Source: Candidatus Eiseniibacteriota bacterium (lineage in GTDB: Bacteria > Eisenbacteria > RBG-16-71-46). From it: a DNA stretch of 64,000 nt. A program made the translations under genes and the position numbers. Position 1 is the stretch's first letter; every line of letters begins with the position of its first letter. Of the stretch, positions 60,151 to 64,000 are shown piece by piece. The DNA lies in assembly GCA_963744995.1 (NCBI GenBank), contig CAVUWA010000002.1, positions 128,001 through 192,000 of the forward strand. The letters run 5' to 3'. The notes under the pieces are model-generated. The model was not told where the DNA came from. It did not search any database and saw only the letters and a program-made list of their open reading frames with translations.

Positions 60151-60377
60151 ATGGCTCGCCTGACGTATCCACGTTCAGTCACCGTCTTCGCCACCTGACC
60201 CTCGTGCTGGCGGTGCTCGCCATTGGGCTGCTGGCGCCACCGCGGCGCGCCGAGGCCTTCAGCCTCGGCGTTCGCGTGGATCTCGCGACCGGCACCCTCC
60301 CCTCCTCGGTGGCGTTCGGGGACGTCAATAGTGACGGCAGCGTCGACATGGCCGTGGCGAACACCGCCTCGAACACT
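60151..60377 (+). pseudogene. Truncated FG-GAP/VCBS repeat gene remnant
   Basis: Signal-like segment, one repeat (PSSVAFGDVNSDGSVDMAVANTASNT), then loss of coding character. Confidence 0.55.
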
Positions 60378-60571
60378 CGGCCTGACGGTCAAAGCCGGCC
60401 CGCGCCTTGCGCAACTTCGCACGGGCATCCAGCACGGAGCGCGCGCGCCATGAAGGTCCCCATATCACGGCGTAATTGTGGGAAAATCCCGCGCGGTCCC
60501 GCCCACCCGGCCGCGTTCCCGTGGCCGCACTTGGCCCCGGCACCGTCATGCACTGCTGAATGCGAGTGCGC

Positions 60572-63142
60572 TCAGTCCAGCACCACGAACCGCCGCGCCA
60601 CCACGGACCCGCCGGCCTCGACGCGGCAGTAGTAGATGCCTGCCCGCAGGGACGTCGTTTCGAACGTGACGGTGTGCTCGCCGGCGGGCTGGAAGCTGTG
60701 GTCGAGCGGCGCGGCGATGCGGCGGCCGGCGATGTCGAAGATGCCGAGGCTGGCCGTTGCGGGCGAGGGCAGCGTGAAGGCGAAGCGCACGTCGCGGCGC
60801 ACGGGATTGGGCGTCAACTCCAGTGACACGCCGGCCCTCGATCGAGACGCGAGCCTCGTCGCACGACGCGACCCGTTCGGGGTCAGCGTCAGCGCCCCGA
60901 AGCCCCGCGCGGGATACCCGCTGAGGCGCGTGAACCGGCCCCCGACGTAGAGCACATCGTCCGTCACCGTGAGCGCTGACACGACATCGAACGGGTGCGC
61001 GAAACCGCCGCGCGTGTCCGGGTTCCACGGGAGCACGTTGCCGGTCGTCGCATCGATGGCACCGAGGTTGGCGCGAGGCGCGGCACCGATCGTGTCGAAC
61101 CTGCCGCCGACGAACAACGTGTTTCCGTGCATCGCCAGCGCGTTCGCCACGGGCTGCGATCCTACGATCAGCGAATGGTACTCGGCGTTGAGCGGGGGCA
61201 CCTGGCCGATCGGTCCGCCGGAGCCATCGAATGCGAGCAGCCCCCAGTGCTCGCGCACGTCGTACTGCCACGCTCCGACGAACGTGGCCGTGCCGTTGGA
61301 CAGGATCGATTGCGGGTAGAAGGACCTGATCGAGCGGAGCAGGCCGACGTCGGGCGTCCACATGGTGGCGAGCCCGGTCGTCCCATCGAGCTGGGCGACC
61401 GACGGGCGCCAGGCGCCGCCGATGGAGTCGAACGCGCCCGTCACGAAGAGCGTGTTGCCGAAGGCGCTCATGGCAGCGACCTGGCCGGACTTGAAGCGCA
61501 GGCCCGGATTCGGCGCCCATGGCAGCAGCACGCCTGTCAGGCCATCCACCGCGAAAAGGTTGCGCCGAGGAACACCGTTGATCGCGTTCACCGGGGCGGC
61601 GATGTACACCGTGTTCCCGATCGTGGCCATGCGGACGAGTGATGCGCTGATGTCGGCGACGTCGTCGGTCCACGGGTTCCAATCGGTCAGTTCTCCGGTC
61701 GTGCCATCGAACGCCGCGAAGTGCCCGCGCGGTTGGCCGTCGATGCTGGTGAAACGCCCCGCCGCGTAGACCCGGTCACCGCCCGCCACGAGCGTCACGT
61801 AGTACGGGGCGTCGAGCGTGGGATTCCATGGCAGCGCGCGACCCGTGGTCGCATCGAGCGCGGCGAGGCCCGCCCGCGGCTGCCAGTCGCCCATGCTCGT
61901 GAACTCCCCGCCGGCGATGACTGTATTGCCGTCGGCGGCGAGCGCCAGCGTCACGCCGTCGGCACGCGGATTCCACGACGTCGCGGCACCCGTCCGGACA
62001 TCGACGGCGGCGAGATTCGGCCGTCCGAGCCCGCCGAAGTCGTACAGGTAGCCGCCGACGTACAGCGTCTGGCCATGCATGGCCAGAGCCTTCGTCGCCC
62101 CCGCACCGATGTGGGCGTCGAAGGTCGTGGCCCTGGCGGTGTCGAGATCGAGTTCGGCGAGTGCGGTTCGGGAGGCCCCGCCCGCGGTGTCAAAGCCACC
62201 ACCGGCGAAGAGCGTGTGGCCCTGAACCACGATGCTTCGCACGTAGGGCCACACCCAGTCTCCATGTGCGATGTACCGGCGCAGCGGCCGCAGGCCCGCA
62301 TCCCACGGGGTCACGCTGCCGTCGTCGAGCGTCACCGCGGCGATCGAATTGCGCGGCTCGCCCCCCATGGAATCGAACTCGCCGCCGATCCAGGCCAGGT
62401 TCCGGGCGATCGCGATCGTCAGAACCGTGCCGTCGGCGGCCGGGTTCCAGGCGGTGATGCTCCCATCCGCCAGTCGAAACGCCGCGAGCCGTGACCTGTG
62501 CTGACCCGCCATCGTGACGAAGGTGCCGCCCACGAACAGCGTGCCGCGTTCGGCGACGAGCGCCGTGACCATCCCATCGGCCTGTGGATCCCAGGCAAGG
62601 GCGGCGCCGGTCGAAGCGCTGACGGCGACGATCGCGTGATGCGACTGGCCGCCGACGCTATCGAAGCGACCGCCGATGTAGAGCATGTCCCCATCGAGCG
62701 CCAGCGCCGAGACCGTGTGAATCGGGTTGATGATTCCGGACGTGATCACGTACTCCACGTCCTCGACGCCCGGATCCCACGTATCCACGGTGCCGTCGGC
62801 ACGGAGATGCGCGACGTTGTGGTGCGGCTGCCCCTCGACGGCCGTGAAGTCGCCGCCGACGAACCATCCTCCGTGTCCGTCGGAGACCACGGCATGGACG
62901 ATGCCGTTGACGCGTGGGAAGCGCGACCACGGCATGCCGCTCATGCGATCGATCGGTACCGCACCTCCCGTGGCGGGGCCAACACTCGAGAACGAACCCG
63001 CGACGTAGATGGTGTTCCCGGCGCGAGCGATGGAGGTGATCTCGCCATCGGTGCCCCAGAAGTCGGGCTGCAGGACCTGCGCCCGAGCCGGGACGGCAGC
63101 GGAAATCGCGAGAAGAACTGCGAGGAAAGGGCGACCGACCAT
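60572..63142 (-). CDS. Secreted beta-propeller repeat protein with T9SS type-A-like C-terminal domain
   Basis: Signal peptide ARA-Q; repeated LYVGGxF...WNP units; tail TPNPV...IFDIAGRR...GIYYCRV. Confidence 0.88.
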   Translation of the reverse strand: MVGRPFLAVLLAISAAVPARAQVLQPDFWGTDGEITSIARAGNTIYVAGSFSSVGPATGGAVPIDRMSGMPWSRFPRVNGIVHAVVSDGHGGWFVGGDFTAVEGQPHHNVAHLRADGTVDTWDPGVEDVEYVITSGIINPIHTVSALALDGDMLYIGGRFDSVGGQSHHAIVAVSASTGAALAWDPQADGMVTALVAERGTLFVGGTFVTMAGQHRSRLAAFRLADGSITAWNPAADGTVLTIAIARNLAWIGGEFDSMGGEPRNSIAAVTLDDGSVTPWDAGLRPLRRYIAHGDWVWPYVRSIVVQGHTLFAGGGFDTAGGASRTALAELDLDTARATTFDAHIGAGATKALAMHGQTLYVGGYLYDFGGLGRPNLAAVDVRTGAATSWNPRADGVTLALAADGNTVIAGGEFTSMGDWQPRAGLAALDATTGRALPWNPTLDAPYYVTLVAGGDRVYAAGRFTSIDGQPRGHFAAFDGTTGELTDWNPWTDDVADISASLVRMATIGNTVYIAAPVNAINGVPRRNLFAVDGLTGVLLPWAPNPGLRFKSGQVAAMSAFGNTLFVTGAFDSIGGAWRPSVAQLDGTTGLATMWTPDVGLLRSIRSFYPQSILSNGTATFVGAWQYDVREHWGLLAFDGSGGPIGQVPPLNAEYHSLIVGSQPVANALAMHGNTLFVGGRFDTIGAAPRANLGAIDATTGNVLPWNPDTRGGFAHPFDVVSALTVTDDVLYVGGRFTRLSGYPARGFGALTLTPNGSRRATRLASRSRAGVSLELTPNPVRRDVRFAFTLPSPATASLGIFDIAGRRIAAPLDHSFQPAGEHTVTFETTSLRAGIYYCRVEAGGSVVARRFVVLD

Positions 63143-63488
63143 GTGGATTTCCTTGTGGGCACCGGCGCCCAATACTATCCCGCCGCGCCCGACAAGGGAT
63201 CAATGAGGAATCGGCGTATGGAACGAAAGTCCCATGGCGAGCGTCCGGCGGGGGCAGGGCGGTCCGCGACGCGGGGGGCCGGCCGTTCACAGCGCCCCGA
63301 ATCGACGCCTTTCGAGGTGCGCCGCCACGGACAATTCCCTCCGAGCAGTGGGGTACTGTGATCAGGGCTAGGCCTGCATCAGGAATCCGTCCCGGGATGG
63401 ATTTGGAGCCGTCCCGCAACTGGCCCCGGGGCCAGTGATGATGCAAACCGCCCCCAGATCTGAAAGCCCGCGCCCGGTCAGGGCGAAC

Positions 63489-64000
63489 TCACCCGCCCAG
63501 CGCGAAGCGCTTCCCCGGATCCAGCGCGTCGCGCAGCGTCACCCGCATCTCGCGCACGGCGAGCGTTGCGACCGTCGGCTCCGGCATCGGCACACCACGG
63601 CGGTCGGTGACCTGGAAGCCGGCACCGGCGAGCGTTTCTTCCAGCGCAGGTGCCGCCGCCGGATCGGTGCGCACGTGCAGCTTCCCGGCGAGCGCGTGGA
63701 ATACGAGCGCCTCGGCGTGCGGCGTGCCGGCGAGCGGGGCGAGCGCGGCGGGGGAGTGCAGCGCCGTCACGAAGCTCACCCGCGGCGCCGGGTGCTCTTC
63801 CAGATCGGCGAGCGCATCCCACATCTCGAACGCGTCGTCGCCTTCGATGATGGCTTCGGGCTCGCCGAGCACGTTCTTCGCGGCCGCTTCCTGCTGCGCG
63901 AGCAGGTTCGCCTCGTCCTCGAAGCCTGCCACGACCACGAAATCGTGCGGTGTCGGCGTCGCGATGTGCAGCGTGCGCGCGACGTCGCGGCCGATGATGC
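63489..64000 (-). CDS. glcE: FAD-binding oxidoreductase C-terminus, GlcE-like (5' end outside window)
   Basis: C-terminal LRDALDPGKRF typical of the FAD-linked oxidase family; glcF is on the same strand downstream. Confidence 0.55.
   Translation of the reverse strand, partial: IIGRDVARTLHIATPTPHDFVVVAGFEDEANLLAQQEAAAKNVLGEPEAIIEGDDAFEMWDALADLEEHPAPRVSFVTALHSPAALAPLAGTPHAEALVFHALAGKLHVRTDPAAAPALEETLAGAGFQVTDRRGVPMPEPTVATLAVREMRVTLRDALDPGKRFALGG

Noticed and set aside
63200..63480. Intergenic palindrome TGGCCCCGGGGCCA and slightly lower GC as a possible element end
   Set aside because: No partner repeat found near 46.4 kb or elsewhere, and no recombinase; short GC palindromes are expected by chance.
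1..64000. tRNA, rRNA, tmRNA, RNase P, SRP RNA, transposases
   Set aside because: No recognisable signatures found by eye; a covariance-model scan would be needed to exclude them.

Overview
High-GC bacterial window from a diderm organism. It encodes OmpA and other beta-barrel proteins plus two secreted proteins with T9SS/FlgD-Ig-like C-terminal tails; this is consistent with an FCB-related lineage such as Ca. Eisenbacteria (inference). Region ~1-28.4 kb is a coherent envelope/osmotic-stress island: a hybrid histidine kinase, small stress-type membrane proteins, two OmpA proteins, an L,D-transpeptidase with an M15 peptidase, a class D-like sortase directly after an LPQTA-signal substrate, a B12 radical SAM protein, a cyclic beta-1,2-glucan synthase, and a PA2779-like double-glycine precursor/C39 peptidase/TPR lipoprotein operon. 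Many of its transcription units carry GG-N10-GC sigma-54-type promoters, and a ~65-bp duplicated element precedes two outer-membrane genes. Region 28.5-64 kb is mixed housekeeping and accessory content: a signal-peptide ORF with an RAPP motif, two frameshifted lipoprotein genes, ABC transporters, a diheme cytochrome c, HU, lysC, a stand-alone HNH nuclease, ycaQ, and glcF separated from glcE by ~17 kb. It also holds a DHS-like/Rid/nitroreductase/ParB-Srx/ADH cluster, three glycine-zipper paralogs and beta-propeller secreted proteins. No rRNA, tRNA, CRISPR array or transposase was recognised. All family calls are by motif recognition by eye, not database search.
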